Counted from the whole stretch's first letter, positions 42,249 through 54,023 are shown. The stretch: 63,305 bases of DNA, filler included, from Licmophora abbreviata (GCA_900291995.1; 14 parts of 14 records of this genome joined end to end with filler, not necessarily neighbours in it), one strand, 5' to 3'. Translations and numbers: made by a program. Notes: generated by a model not told the origin, from the sequence alone.

Positions 42249-44231
42249 CTATGGCGGTGTCAGAACTGCATCGATAGTGTAGAGGACGCCATTGCCGACG
42301 AGATCCATTGACGCCAGAGTTTCGCCATTGATAAAGAAGCTCGGCTCTGGTGTTTGGACTACGGTGAACGTGACTGCCGCCCCTTCAAGGAGAGTGTCCA
42401 GCTCTTCTCCATCCTCCCAATCAACAAAGACCTCATTTCCGTCAAGAACGTGATAGAGAAGCGTATTCGTAATGCTTTCGAGCTGATCCTCCGGAATATA
42501 GTGTCGGGAGCGATTCCTATTGCTGCGAAAGCTTCATTTGAGGGAGCAAAGACCGAAAGCGGACCATCCGCTGCGAGAGCGCCGGAAAGACCGGCTTGAG
42601 TCACGAGACTGACAAAGGTTCCTAGGATGGAAGGGTTGAATTGCGCTACTTCAAAGATAGTGAAGAGCTGAGTAGCCGGGAACAAGAACCCATCAACCTT
42701 GTGGATAACTCCATTGACTGCATAGAGATTTGCAAGGTCGATATCGATCTGTGCATTGATTGCTGGTTGATCAATGTCTGCGACGACGAGATCTTCTGAG
42801 ATAGTGAGAACATCCCCACTTCGCACCTCTATTTTTCCTGATTCCACAAGTTCATCGGTGTCAACAACCATCGAGACAGCCAAGTGTCTAAGAAAGACGT
42901 CTTGGTTGTGGTATTTCCACTCGGGATCGAACAGCCGATTAAACATATCCTGCTCCAGAGCCTCGAAGGCGGTATCGTCGGGTGCAAACAGCGTCAGGAA
43001 CACAGTGTCGGTTGCCAATGGCTTAAAGTATCCCAATAATGCCAGCATCTCACTCGCTACAAGCGACTCGGTCAAAAGACCGAAAGAGAAAGCTCCCTTT
43101 GACAAACGGGAGGCCTGGGCAAGAAACTGGTCGGCAAATAGCGGTGAGATGACTTCCTCCACAGTATGAATGACACCGTTCGACCTAAGGATGTCATATT
43201 CATCGCCTGAGATATCATTGACAGTGACTCTTCTCCAACTTGCGAGATGAATGAGGTGGTAGGCCAGAAACTACCCACAAGAGCGAGGTCGACGCCATCG
43301 AGGCGGGACGAATATAGATTTCCATCAAATACATGCTGCGAAAGAATGGCTTGAACTAGATCTTCATCGGAACTGATCTCATCCAAGTCAAGGCCGGCAA
43401 AAGCGCTATCGGGCGGAGCAAAGAGAGTAAAGGGAGCATCCAAACCATCCAACATCTCGCCAACTCCCGAAGACTGGAGAAGGCTAAGTAGGATGGTGAA
43501 GTCTCCACTGGCAGTCAGATACTCGGGTATACTTTCGGTTGCACATGTCGGCAAGAGAACGTCGTCAAGAACGTGGGCAACCCCGTTGCTAGCCTGGAGA
43601 TCTGGCGCAGCGACATCAATACCGTCGACGCTCGGAGTGGGATTTTCTGAAGTTACTGTCAGGTCTCCTCCTTCTAGTGTCTCCAACGTCTCCCCTTGCA
43701 CAAAGTCGTCTGTCTCGACAATAGTATCGAGAACATGGAAGGTGAGGACGCATGCTGTATGGCCTCCCCAAACATCCGTATTTGCTAGATTCGCCAGCAG
43801 ATCTACGTCCAAGTCATCAAATGCGTCGTCAGTTGGAGCAAATACAGTATAATCAAGACCTTCAGTGTCAAAGAGCTCCAGTAGGTCAATATCTGTAAGT
43901 AGAGTCTCTAATGTTCCAAGCTCATCCGTGTTTCGCACGATGTCTCCAAGCGTTACAGTTCCCGCGGGAGGATCGACAGTACCCGACGGAGAATCAACAG
44001 GCATTTTGGTGGGGGTTGCCCCGGGACCGTCAGTTGTGGGCGTGCCAGCGGGCGCGTCGGGTGTGGGTACCCCGCCAGGACCAGAAGGCATCGGTTGAGA
44101 TACTACAGGCTGGCGAGTGGGTCCGCCGATTGGACTTGCGGGTGTCGGGCGAGACGCTGAAGGGGATGGATCAGGAACTGCGGGCTGTTGAGCGGGTCCG
44201 CCGATTGGACTTGCGGGTGTTGGGCGAGACG
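42249..44231 (-). CDS. Multi-FAS1 fasciclin (4 domains) with Pro/Thr-rich repeats, 5' truncated, two frameshifts
   Basis: Four FAP motifs (TVFAPTDDAF, TLFAPPDSAF, TLFAPDDTAF, SVFAPSNEAF) with NGVxH/Y ends. Frameshifts at ~43230-43290 and ~42493. Confidence 0.87.
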
Positions 44232-45132
44232 NNNNNNNNNNNNNNNNNNNNNNNNNNNNNNNNNNNNNNNNNNNNTTAATTAATTAANNNNNNNNNNNNN
44301 NNNNNNNNNNNNNNNNNNNNNNNNNNNNNNNTCATGATCGAGGTTAGGCTTGCATTCTCAGGACGCATCATGCTCAAGAGAGTAGCAGCTAGCGATCCGC
44401 CTCACAAACCGGCAGTGAACGATGCGAGCTCATAAGCATAGACGTCGTCAACCTCAACAGAGAATCTTTCACAACTCCCGATCTTAACTACCTGGCATCA
44501 TTGCTTCTCTAGAATCCTCAATGACTTTCGCTGTATTTGGATTCAGAAACCCTCCAGTCATTTACACTGTCCTACTGTATGAGTCACCGCCGCGCCGTAA
44601 TTTCCATTCCTTCTGTTGAAGCTACCCCCAAACTTTGAGCGACCCAAATTTGCAATTGAACAATTCTGCACATTTGTATGAAAAACAAGTTGCTGCGCAA
44701 GACTCTCATGGGCACGGACAATCCACATGCACGGTTCGTATCAAGATAGCGGCGACCAGAGAGCAATAACAGTGGAACTCGATAGATTGCCGCAGCAGAT
44801 TTCTCCTACACAGGGTGTCGGTGGAATCACAAACAAGTTGCCCTCAACAACGAAGACGGTGCGGAAAAGACGAGACCGAGATAGGGATAGTCGCCCTCGA
44901 AAATCAATGTAAAACCGACTGTCGGGAACGACGAGACTGAGACAGGAAACAAAGAATCATCGTTGCTCTCTGTAATCAAGAGTCATGAAGTGGTACAGTC
45001 TAACAGGGCGTATGGTCTACAAATATCAACATGTAAACCTATCATTATTGTAATACTTTAACAGTGGAAGGAAGAAATATGGCAGTCCTTCACAACAGAC
45101 CTGTACATCGGAGCAATCGGAGATCCGTTTCT

Positions 45133-45798
45133 TCATACAACAGTCCCAGTTCTCATTGGTTCATTCATCATTTCAAAGTTCGTCGCGGTCAAATCCTCTT
45201 CGTCCACCACATCCCGACGACGTTTCAGCCCGTACATGGCGCAGCTGGCCAAAAGCATAACGCCGAGAAAGGCCGCGGCGAATGTCATGCTATATGCCTT
45301 TTTGGCCTTGGCTGAGACATTGCACGTGGTAGTCGTAAAAGAATCACCGGAAAATTTGGCTGTGACATCAATCCAGTAGCCACTGAACCAGTCCTGCCCG
45401 TCATCCCCGGGGAGCTTGAAGCCGGTATCGACCGCGTAATCTCCGGCTGCACCGCAGTCTTGGCCGTCCGCAGGCTCAAACCCCATGGAACAGAGACTTT
45501 CATCCTTGTCAATAATCGTTTTGCAAATGACACTCATGAGACAGGCCTTGACGGAGATGTGAATGTCGTCGGTAGACATGTCACTGCCTGCTGAGACGAC
45601 CGCTTCGACACTCACGTCCTTGCCAAATCCGCATCCCCCATTTTCGCAATTCGTGCTAAAATCTGACAGCGAAAATGCCCCACTGCACGATGGGCTGCCC
45701 TGTACCTCAAACACAGTCGTTGCCTCGCATAGTGTGGGCAGTGATGACGCCAAAACAGCAGCGACAAACGCGGCTCTTCTCGTCATCCTCATGGTCAT
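45133..45798 (-). CDS. Type I membrane protein with Cys-rich, possibly ML (NPC2/GM2AP)-like lumenal domain
   Basis: Signal peptide ending CEA, eight lumenal Cys, a TM followed by KRRR, and a short tail. The fold assignment is tentative. Confidence 0.7.
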   Translation of the reverse strand: MTMRMTRRAAFVAAVLASSLPTLCEATTVFEVQGSPSCSGAFSLSDFSTNCENGGCGFGKDVSVEAVVSAGSDMSTDDIHISVKACLMSVICKTIIDKDESLCSMGFEPADGQDCGAAGDYAVDTGFKLPGDDGQDWFSGYWIDVTAKFSGDSFTTTTCNVSAKAKKAYSMTFAAAFLGVMLLASCAMYGLKRRRDVVDEEDLTATNFEMMNEPMRTGTVV

Positions 45799-46249
45799 CG
45801 CCGATTTTTTGTGGCGACATCGTGGCGCAACAAGAGTCAAAGACGCGGGCGCGCGATGAAAAATCGCAGATCGATGCCGTTGAGATGGGTTATATCATAT
45901 TCGGCCACGAAGCTCACATTTTAGTATAGAAGGTAGACATGCTTAATGCGTGAGTAGAATAATAAACTACGGAGCTCCGGAGCTCGTATNNNNNNNNNNN
46001 NNNNNNNNNNNNNNNNNNNNNNNNNNNNNNNNNTTAATTAATTAANNNNNNNNNNNNNNNNNNNNNNNNNNNNNNNNNNNNNNNNNNNNACTATAGACCC
46101 TATGCTCCCAGTGTTTCCAACAGGTTTGCTTCTCCATCTGGAACCCGAGTACCCCCAGCGGAAAGATACGTTTTGGACTATGATTCGAAGTCGACAGTTG
46201 GACTGAACATGCCCGTCGTGCTTGCTAGCCCGTCTGCAACATGAGCACT

Positions 46250-47419
46250 CTAAGCGGCAGGTACCCCTTCCGAAGCACGAAGCGGAGTCGATCCCTCGGA
46301 GGATGGACTCAATATGGCCGAAGACGGGATTACCGTCCTTCTCCGCAACTCGGATTGTGCGGTCGTGTCCATCATCTTATACTCCACGGGAGTGTCAAGT
46401 TTGTCAAGCTCAATAATGAAAAAGACAGCAATGGCGTCGAGGACAAATTCAGTGGGCTCTGAAGCCCAGGCCAGCTGGACGGGAAGGACCAGCATGATGA
46501 TGAAGAGACCCGTGTGATGGATAAATAATGATAGGATGAAGCGCAGCCACAAGCGTGTATCGTTGTACCGAAGTTCCATGTGGAAATGACCGGCTACTGT
46601 GTTGGTTTCGCGCGTCGATACGGTGGTCATGCGAGTCGAGAATTTCGATCTTTCTATCGCAGTGTCGTCCTCGCTTGTCTTGACACAACACCGATGTTTT
46701 CTGGCGCTCCGAAAGACATTTACCCAGTCAATGTAGTTGTCGAATGGTCCCAGGAACAAGTTTTGTCCCGCAACGTAGAATGCTTGGACGAAAATACCGG
46801 TCCAATAAAACACGTAGACTTGCTGTTCGTCGAACGGAGGAATCCCTCGCCGGATCAAGCCTGCAATGTACATGGCCAACAACACCAATTGTCCCAACGC
46901 CAACAGTGAGGTGCGCTTGTAGCTGGAGGCAAGGTCAGTAAGCTGATTGTGGGAAACAAACGTATCACCTCCTTCCAGCATTGCTGTCACCACAGCCTCT
47001 CGAAACCTCTGCGAAAACAGGAGGCGTGGGAAGGAGAGGCGCACTGTTTCAGGATCACAGTTCAAACTCGAAAAGAGGTTCGCATTGTAAATATCGCGCA
47101 GAAGCATTAGACCAGCAATGGCAATCACTACGAAACAAATCTCATCGAAGTGTCCCAGCTGAAATACGGCCATGACCATCGCGTTGGTGCCCATTAGAGC
47201 ACAGAACTCGGCGACCGCGCCCGTGAACAAGCCATTGAACAAGTCCTTTCCAGTGGAGGATCGGAAGATTCCGTTCCCAATCGGGATGGCCCAGGCTATC
47301 CCGCCAACTGCAAAAGCGAAATAGAAAGGTAGAATGTCGTCATCGTCGTTTTCTCCTAACAGGTAACGATCGCCGGATTCGTCGGCGTGAAGACCCCGAA
47401 GCATTGAAAGAATCACCAT
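46250..47419 (-). CDS. Multi-pass membrane protein of unknown function
   Basis: 389-aa ORF with about 6-7 hydrophobic segments and FVLDAIAVFFIIELD near the C-terminus. Confidence 0.75.
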   Translation of the reverse strand: MVILSMLRGLHADESGDRYLLGENDDDDILPFYFAFAVGGIAWAIPIGNGIFRSSTGKDLFNGLFTGAVAEFCALMGTNAMVMAVFQLGHFDEICFVVIAIAGLMLLRDIYNANLFSSLNCDPETVRLSFPRLLFSQRFREAVVTAMLEGGDTFVSHNQLTDLASSYKRTSLLALGQLVLLAMYIAGLIRRGIPPFDEQQVYVFYWTGIFVQAFYVAGQNLFLGPFDNYIDWVNVFRSARKHRCCVKTSEDDTAIERSKFSTRMTTVSTRETNTVAGHFHMELRYNDTRLWLRFILSLFIHHTGLFIIMLVLPVQLAWASEPTEFVLDAIAVFFIIELDKLDTPVEYKMMDTTAQSELRRRTVIPSSAILSPSSEGSTPLRASEGVPAA

Positions 47420-47969
47420 TGCGTTGCCTCGTTTCCCTTTTTACAGACAGACGATTCTTTGGGATCTTCCTGACGCTTGTGTCTCGACTGAGTTTCGTAT
47501 CTTTTGAAGGGCAGGATGCACAACACTCGTCTCTCATCATGTGAAGCTTCTGTAGGATAAAACGCGGGGGGCACAAATCAAAAATCGCATCTTGCGAAAT
47601 ATTTAGCGCGCGCCTCATATTCGACTTGTTCGACTATCATAGTTTTTGTTGCTTCATCAGATGCATCTTGAGCCATCCCTTGCGAGGGCATAATAGACAC
47701 GGCGATTTACCACAAGACCATAGAGAAAAGAGTCATCAGACAACCAATAATAACCTAAACCTCACTATTCAGTTCGTGCTGAGGATCCTATCGTCTCTCA
47801 TTGACTGGTGAGTCGAGTTGAGTCGAGTCAGTCGAGGGGGTCATGCTTCAGACGAGTTGAGTTGAGTCGAGTGAGTCACGCGATAGGCTTTCGGAAAACC
47901 CGGATATTCAATTCAAAAAATGGCGCGCCATCATCTTTCTCATCGCGACGCACAAGCAACGATCTCACC

Positions 47970-49451
47970 ATGGCGACTGCAGACATGGCCGGCCTCTCGT
48001 CAGCCGCCTGCGACGCATCACTGCGTCTTCCAACCGGTAGCGACGACATTCTGTACTCGAATCTGGAGACAACAGCCATGGTAGATGCGAAATGCTCGCT
48101 TGTTCTACCACCGCGCGAACACCGCATGGTGGCGTCCATGGCTTCGACTCTTCCACCTGGTACCTTTCCGATCGCCAAGAGATCACCCATTGACTTTGCC
48201 GGAACCGACATTCTGCAGCTTCACATCGCTGCCAAGCCTAATCTACCTGGATCGGCCGTGCTTCCCACTACTGTCACCTTCGCGGGCAAGTGCCACTTGT
48301 CACACGCATGTGTTCAAAAGTTCGAAAAGACTCTTGCTTTCAGCAGCGACCTGCCATCCAGCAAAGCGTGCTCAATGTGCCCAGCATGTCTTCTATCGAT
48401 CGCTCCAACCAAGAATCCGTCTTCGGAGGAAGCAGTGTATATGGTCTTCTATCCAGTTTACTACACCCACGGCGGCACGTCCGCACGTCGATGCTTCCTC
48501 ATGCCACGACTCGTGTGCGTGCGCTGCTGCATGTCTCTAATGACTCAAGCGGGCTTGACCATGGACCGCCCAGAGATCAAGAATCTTCCACCCAAGTGTT
48601 GTCAAACTCTCTACCAAGAACGCTACGGTCAAGACTACTCGTCTGTTTCTGCTCCGGCGAGTCGTCTGCTTTCTGTGTGGAAGCGTACTGCATCATACTC
48701 AGCGTTGCTCAGCTTCGTCAGGAGCCATCGCTTCGAAAGCAAGCTCCGGACCATTGAAGCCGCGTTTGCTGCACCAAAGCTTGATCCTCCCGGAGAGGCT
48801 GACCACAGTGCCGGTCATCGCAAGCCGCCTCCGGAAGACTCCTGGTATGCCATCGCCCAGCAACCGAGCAACGACCGGAGGCCTCCAAAGAAGCGGCGTC
48901 ACGGGATCATGATGGCCGGCAGGTTTGGAGAGAAACCTCGGGGTGTCGCTGCTGTAGTTCGCTCGTTACAACGTCCAGTTCACAAGGAAGGCGCACCGTC
49001 CCGGTCTGTGCTCCAGGAACGTCCTCTTCGTGGTATCCAGTTGAACACGAGCACAACCGGCACAGCTCACTTGCCCAATAGAACCAGCTCTGTGACGGCA
49101 CACCCGAAACTCTATCCTTCTCAACAAGAGTTAGACGCGGCCAAAACTCCGCGGAAGATGAAGAATCTACGCGGCTGGTACAACAAGCTTCGTTTGTACC
49201 AGCAGTATATCCAAGAAAATGAAGGGGAATCATTCATTCCATCCGGATACTCGATGCGCGGGGAGAAACTTGGAAGCTGGGTCTTCATACAGAAGTCGTG
49301 TGCCAAAAGGTTCCTCTCGGGCGAGATGCGTCAGGGACAGCATACCGACGCATTTACAAAGGAGAAGTTCGAAGCCCTTCAGAGTATCGGTGTCCAGATC
49401 TTTCATTCCGTTCAATGTGCCCTCCCGTCTGGAAAGAAAGCGCACAAGTGA
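47970..49451 (+). CDS. Protein with Cys-rich N-terminal region and C-terminal helicase-associated (HA) domain
   Basis: CxxxC/CxxCxxC/CxxCC clusters, and WYNKLRLYQQY...IPSGY...KLGSWVFIQK...FTKEKFEALQSIG matching the HA repeat pattern. Confidence 0.72.
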   Translation: MATADMAGLSSAACDASLRLPTGSDDILYSNLETTAMVDAKCSLVLPPREHRMVASMASTLPPGTFPIAKRSPIDFAGTDILQLHIAAKPNLPGSAVLPTTVTFAGKCHLSHACVQKFEKTLAFSSDLPSSKACSMCPACLLSIAPTKNPSSEEAVYMVFYPVYYTHGGTSARRCFLMPRLVCVRCCMSLMTQAGLTMDRPEIKNLPPKCCQTLYQERYGQDYSSVSAPASRLLSVWKRTASYSALLSFVRSHRFESKLRTIEAAFAAPKLDPPGEADHSAGHRKPPPEDSWYAIAQQPSNDRRPPKKRRHGIMMAGRFGEKPRGVAAVVRSLQRPVHKEGAPSRSVLQERPLRGIQLNTSTTGTAHLPNRTSSVTAHPKLYPSQQELDAAKTPRKMKNLRGWYNKLRLYQQYIQENEGESFIPSGYSMRGEKLGSWVFIQKSCAKRFLSGEMRQGQHTDAFTKEKFEALQSIGVQIFHSVQCALPSGKKAHK

Positions 49452-49590
49452 TTGAACTGTACGACCTAGTAGAAGATTGCATTGCCGTGTGATGCGAGTA
49501 CAGCATTCATCCAAATAGAGAACGCGATCATCTGTCCACCGTTGTTTAGTCCTTCGCTTCAAGGCTTCGTTCGGGCGAACCAACCTCTAG

Positions 49591-50421
49591 CTAGTCGGCT
49601 CCGGGAACTAGCCGTCGAGCGACACAATAGTCCACAAACTGGAGCTTGACGGTGTCTAGCGATTTGGATAGCCCACTTGAGTCTCTCCCGAACGCCTTTC
49701 CGTCCAAAAACGTACAGAAACCGCGAATCCCCTGGTTGGCGAGTATAGCCTCAAGTTTGCAGTCGTTCAGGGGTGGATGTGACGGGCCATTCTCGATGCG
49801 CACAAAGACTATGGACATCGGTGCCGATTGAACCGACTCGAGCTTTCGCGTCGATCGAAGTATGTCTTTCTCTGTCCCAGTTGTGAGTATAAGTAGCACT
49901 GTGTAGGATATCGTTTGATGCGTCTGCGCTTCATCCTAATGAGTTGCCATCGTGATTGTACTAGTTAGCATGATACATAGCAAGGAGCATACAAGACCAC
50001 TCCCTGTTGCCACATTGTACGTACCATCTGTTTCTTGGAAAAGTGAGCGGCCGCCTGAATCACGTTGTCGTACTGGATATCGTCTCCAAAGACAAGTCCC
50101 GTCTGTAAGGTTGAGCGATAAGCAGCAAGCATCCCTTCGGAACCCGACGCTCGCGACGACGATCCCACTTGAAAAATGTCATAGGGCGTTCCGCCAAACC
50201 TGGCCCCGAAGCCCCACATTGGAAACTGGCATTCTCGATTGTACTTGCTCACGGTCTGTCCAACTTCCTTCATGATCCACTCATAGTCATTCAGATGCCC
50301 AGGCCCGACACAATGTGGCGTTCCAGCAACCCGAAAGTCCCCATTTGACGCTGTGAAATCAATCGCCACGCAAAGTTCCAGCCTGCTGCTATTGCCATTC
50401 ACAAAGTACTCGTCAAAGGAT
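49591..50421 (-). CDS. Copine (vWA domain), partial
   Basis: LCVAIDFTASNG, FPMWGFGA, YTVLLILTTG, APMSIVFV. Intron 49936..50024. A possible start MSLPPQNTID lies at 50551, just across the gap. Confidence 0.85.
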
Positions 50422-51026
50422 NNNNNNNNNNNNNNNNNNNNNNNNNNNNNNNNNNNNNNNNNNNNTTAATTAATTAANNNNNNNNNNNNNNNNNNNNNNN
50501 NNNNNNNNNNNNNNNNNNNNNATCAATTGTATTCTGTGGTGGAAGGGACATGATGTTGCTGCTGATGAGGATGACAAAAGATGACGAGAGACGTCTCCAT
50601 CATCGACGTCGCATCGTCCACCAGACTTCTTTGTGGACAGTTCCATTTTTGATTTTGAGACGCCCCCCAACTTCAATCTACGACCACTGCGACTAGTCAT
50701 TATGGCACGTCATGCTCACGTCATACCAGCCTCTTCCATCCAGCCTCGTGCGTGGCTATTTTGTTCGCACTGCGGATGATTGCGATGCTGTGAGAGTGAA
50801 TGACAGTGCGTGTCGTGTCAGACGAAAGCAAGGAGAGAAGAAGAAGCAAGAGTGGAACGAGCAAGACTAGGACATTGAGCATACAGCCGCAGCGGCTGAT
50901 CTAGTGCTTTTTGAAGTCTTGCTTTGTCTATCGAAAGACAGAGAGACTGGAATCCCCCCCCAAAAAGAGAAAAATTACGCTAGAGAACGACAAAAGCAGC
51001 ACATGATGCGTCGCAAGTTTCGGAAC

Positions 51027-51881
51027 ATGAAACGAACGACACCACCCTTCTTTGTCGTGTTTCCCTTATTTCTGCTGCTTGAAGTACATGACCTTTTGTC
51101 GTTTTCAAGTACAAGGACGACACGAACGGATGCATTTTCCACACTGCCTTCTACTTCTACACTGGCAGCCCTACAGCAACATCACCGACGCGTAGGACGT
51201 CATCGTACAACACCACTCGTCGGCGTCGTCGTCCTTCGAAACTCCAACGATCCACACAATGATATATTCTATTCCGACTTTGAAGATCTCTGGGGGCCGT
51301 CGGAAGAAAACGATGATAGTGAGAATAGTCAAGACGGCAAGGAACTCGCTTTGGAGTTTTACAGTGTCGTCCAGGAGCGACGAGAGCAAGAGAAACGAAA
51401 GGAAGAACAAACACGGAAGCAGCCCCCGTTTTCCAAGAGACAAGAAGTCACACGAGAGGATCTATTCTCGTCGTCGTCCTCGGAACAGCAACGCTCGTCG
51501 GCGGGATTCTTTACGGGGCAGGGGCAGAGCGTGTACAGTTTTCCTCAAGACACGCCGCCGTTGTACAGCAACGCGGACATTGACTTTCAAGCCAGTGGTG
51601 AGAACGACGACGCCTTTGATGAACGAACATTGGTGATTCCGCTTGTCGTGGCGGCGGCAGTCATTTTGGTTTCCTTCTATGCTGCTGTGAGTACTGGCGG
51701 CTTTGCTATGACCATGGAAACACCACCCGATGGAGTGGTTATGATGGAGAGTGTGAGTAACAATGGTCATGCTGGTGGTGGTTGGAATCACGATGCTGCT
51801 GCCGCTGCTGCGGTTGGTCCATCCTTGCGCGATGCAGGAGAGGCGGTGGAGCAGGCGAAGCAGGGAAGCGTATGGTTGTAG
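51027..51881 (+). CDS. Putative plastid single-TM protein of unknown function
   Basis: Hydrophobic leader, TDA|FS motif, S/T/R transit-like stretch, and one TM (LVIPLVVAAAVILVSFYAAV). Confidence 0.65.
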   Translation: MKRTTPPFFVVFPLFLLLEVHDLLSFSSTRTTRTDAFSTLPSTSTLAALQQHHRRVGRHRTTPLVGVVVLRNSNDPHNDIFYSDFEDLWGPSEENDDSENSQDGKELALEFYSVVQERREQEKRKEEQTRKQPPFSKRQEVTREDLFSSSSSEQQRSSAGFFTGQGQSVYSFPQDTPPLYSNADIDFQASGENDDAFDERTLVIPLVVAAAVILVSFYAAVSTGGFAMTMETPPDGVVMMESVSNNGHAGGGWNHDAAAAAAVGPSLRDAGEAVEQAKQGSVWL

Positions 51882-52118
51882 CGACAAAAGAGTACATACA
51901 ATGTATATTATGCATGAAAGAGTGTGAAACTGCTCCCCATTTCAAAATACAAGGTGACAGAGCCAACAACAAGACAAAGAGATCCAGGTGGCACGGGACA
52001 AGTGCGCCTGTTTATCACCGCGACACATACTACACAACATACCACAGGACGAAAATAGTAAAATCTGTATTGTATTCATTTTACTTCTAAGCTAGAGTAG
52101 CTTTTCTGATCATGCACT

Positions 52119-53526
52119 TCATCGCCGCGATCCTCGCAGGAGTAGAAAGGACAGAGCTGCTAGTCCTGTGACAGAGGCGGAGAGAATCAGTGCTTCCTTG
52201 TGTTCCTCGTACCAAGCCTCGTTCTCATCGGCGTCGACAACGTCATCGGCGTTGCCGGTGTCAAGATCCTTGCTAGTAGAAGTAGAAGGGGTCGAAAAGG
52301 CATCCAGCCTCACTTGTTCATTGGAAACCCTACTGTTTTTCACCTCGAGCCCGATCGACCGCGGAGATGGTGTCACGGTTGGTACTGTCCTTCTCGATGC
52401 AGGAGAAACAAGCGACGCCTCCCCTTCCGTCATCTGTGCATCCGCTCTGTCGCTGGTGGGTCCACCTGCCGCTTCCTCCTTATTGCTTTCGCTCGAGCTG
52501 TCGTTATCTTTAGTCGTGCTTGCAAACATGGCAACAGCACGTTGCTTTTCCTTTTGCTTTTCCGCCTTCTTTCGTTGTAGGCACGCTGCATAGAGCTTTC
52601 GTACCTGCTTGTCCTGTCCAAGTAACTGTTTCGCTGCCGCTTCGTCTTCCACATTGTCTCGATTTGTTGTAGAATACTGGGCAATAGCTTCCCGCGCTTG
52701 CTTTAGCACCTGCAGTGATTCTGTATACTTGTGCTGTTCATAATACGCTTGTCCCAATCGAAACCAGCTCTTGACCCGCCACTCTCCAAACAACTTGACA
52801 TCGCTCAATCCCTCCTTATTGAGAATCGAATGAATCTTCAAACCCCTCTTTTCATAGAGCGCTTGTAACAAATTCAACGCCATGCTACTAAACTGGATCG
52901 AGTCGTCCCACTGCGACAGATTCGCACTGCACGTCCCAGCGTTGTTGCAACAGGTAATCATGGTCTGTACCAGGTCCGCACGTAGTTCATTGGGAGAGTT
53001 GGGTGTATGCTGAATGTACCGGACGGCATTGACGGCGTTCGAGTACATGCTCCGTGCTCTCTCGTAGTGGTGGTGTCCAAAGGCAAGGTTGGCACGCTTT
53101 TTCTGTTCCATGGCGTATGCCACACGTTCGTATGGATCTGTCAGTTCGTAGAGTGTCTTTTTGCGTACTACCTGGACGACATCCATTCCTAGAAAGCACT
53201 GTACTTTAGAGCGTCCCGCCAAGCGCCATGACATAAGTTCCACATGGCAGCGTCGGTCTAGCAGAGAGGCGTATACGACACGGCCTCGTCCGTAGACAGT
53301 CAGTACATCGTCGTTTAGTACGGGAGGGACCGACGGAAACTTGGTTGCGGAATACAGCATCGTGATGGCATGCTTACTGCTGGGACTGTCAGGGTCGTTC
53401 TTCTTGGTGTCCACCAGCGACATATCCCACTCGAGCAACTGAATTTCTTGCATTTGGTCTGGACGTGTCCGAATCACACATCCTCGACCGTAGGGAGTCT
53501 GTACCACACGCTGATGCTTGTCGGCA
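52119..53526 (-). CDS. Tail-anchored TPR-like protein with N-terminal TxYGRG repeats, 5' truncated
   Basis: QTPYGRG and LTVYGRGRV repeats, TPR-like helices (KKRANLAF...YSNAV, CCNNAGTC, KSWFRLGQAY), and a C-terminal TM + RR. Confidence 0.8.
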
Positions 53527-53626
53527 NNNNNNNNNNNNNNNNNNNNNNNNNNNNNNNNNNNNNNNNNNNNTTAATTAATTAANNNNNNNNNNNNNNNNNN
53601 NNNNNNNNNNNNNNNNNNNNNNNNNN

Positions 53627-53829
53627 ACAAGTCGTGGGTGTGAGACGATGGAAGTCCAAGTTTGCAACGACGAATCCAATCCGTGAATCCAAACTATCGT
53701 GGGGACCGACGATGCGAGTTTCATGGGTGTACGAACAGAGTGCAAGCGTACTGCCATGATGGTGAGTGGAAAAAAGAGAATGGTTCGTACAACCGTTCGC
53801 AGCGGCAGGGCCATGGTGCACATTCCCAT
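53627..53829 (-). CDS. Alpha/beta-hydrolase N-terminal fragment, 3' lost in gap
   Basis: PTIVWIHGLDSSLQTW oxyanion-strand motif running into the linker. Confidence 0.6.
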
Positions 53830-54023
53830 CAGAGTGGAGTGAGTGTCGAATGTTCAATGTGGCGGCGTCATTGGTAACATCAGACCTCGTAGAGCTCGTG
53901 CAACGGAACGAACTGTACGTCGTACGGGTGTAGGGGGCAAAAGGCTCACACGAACTGTCGCATAGACCTATCATACATGTCAGACGCCTCTTTCCCATTG
54001 CCCTACACAAATCGGTTCCATTG

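Noticed and set aside
49860..49900. Copine LTTG instead of LTDG as a novel function
   Set aside because: Single substitution in a partial gene; insufficient evidence.
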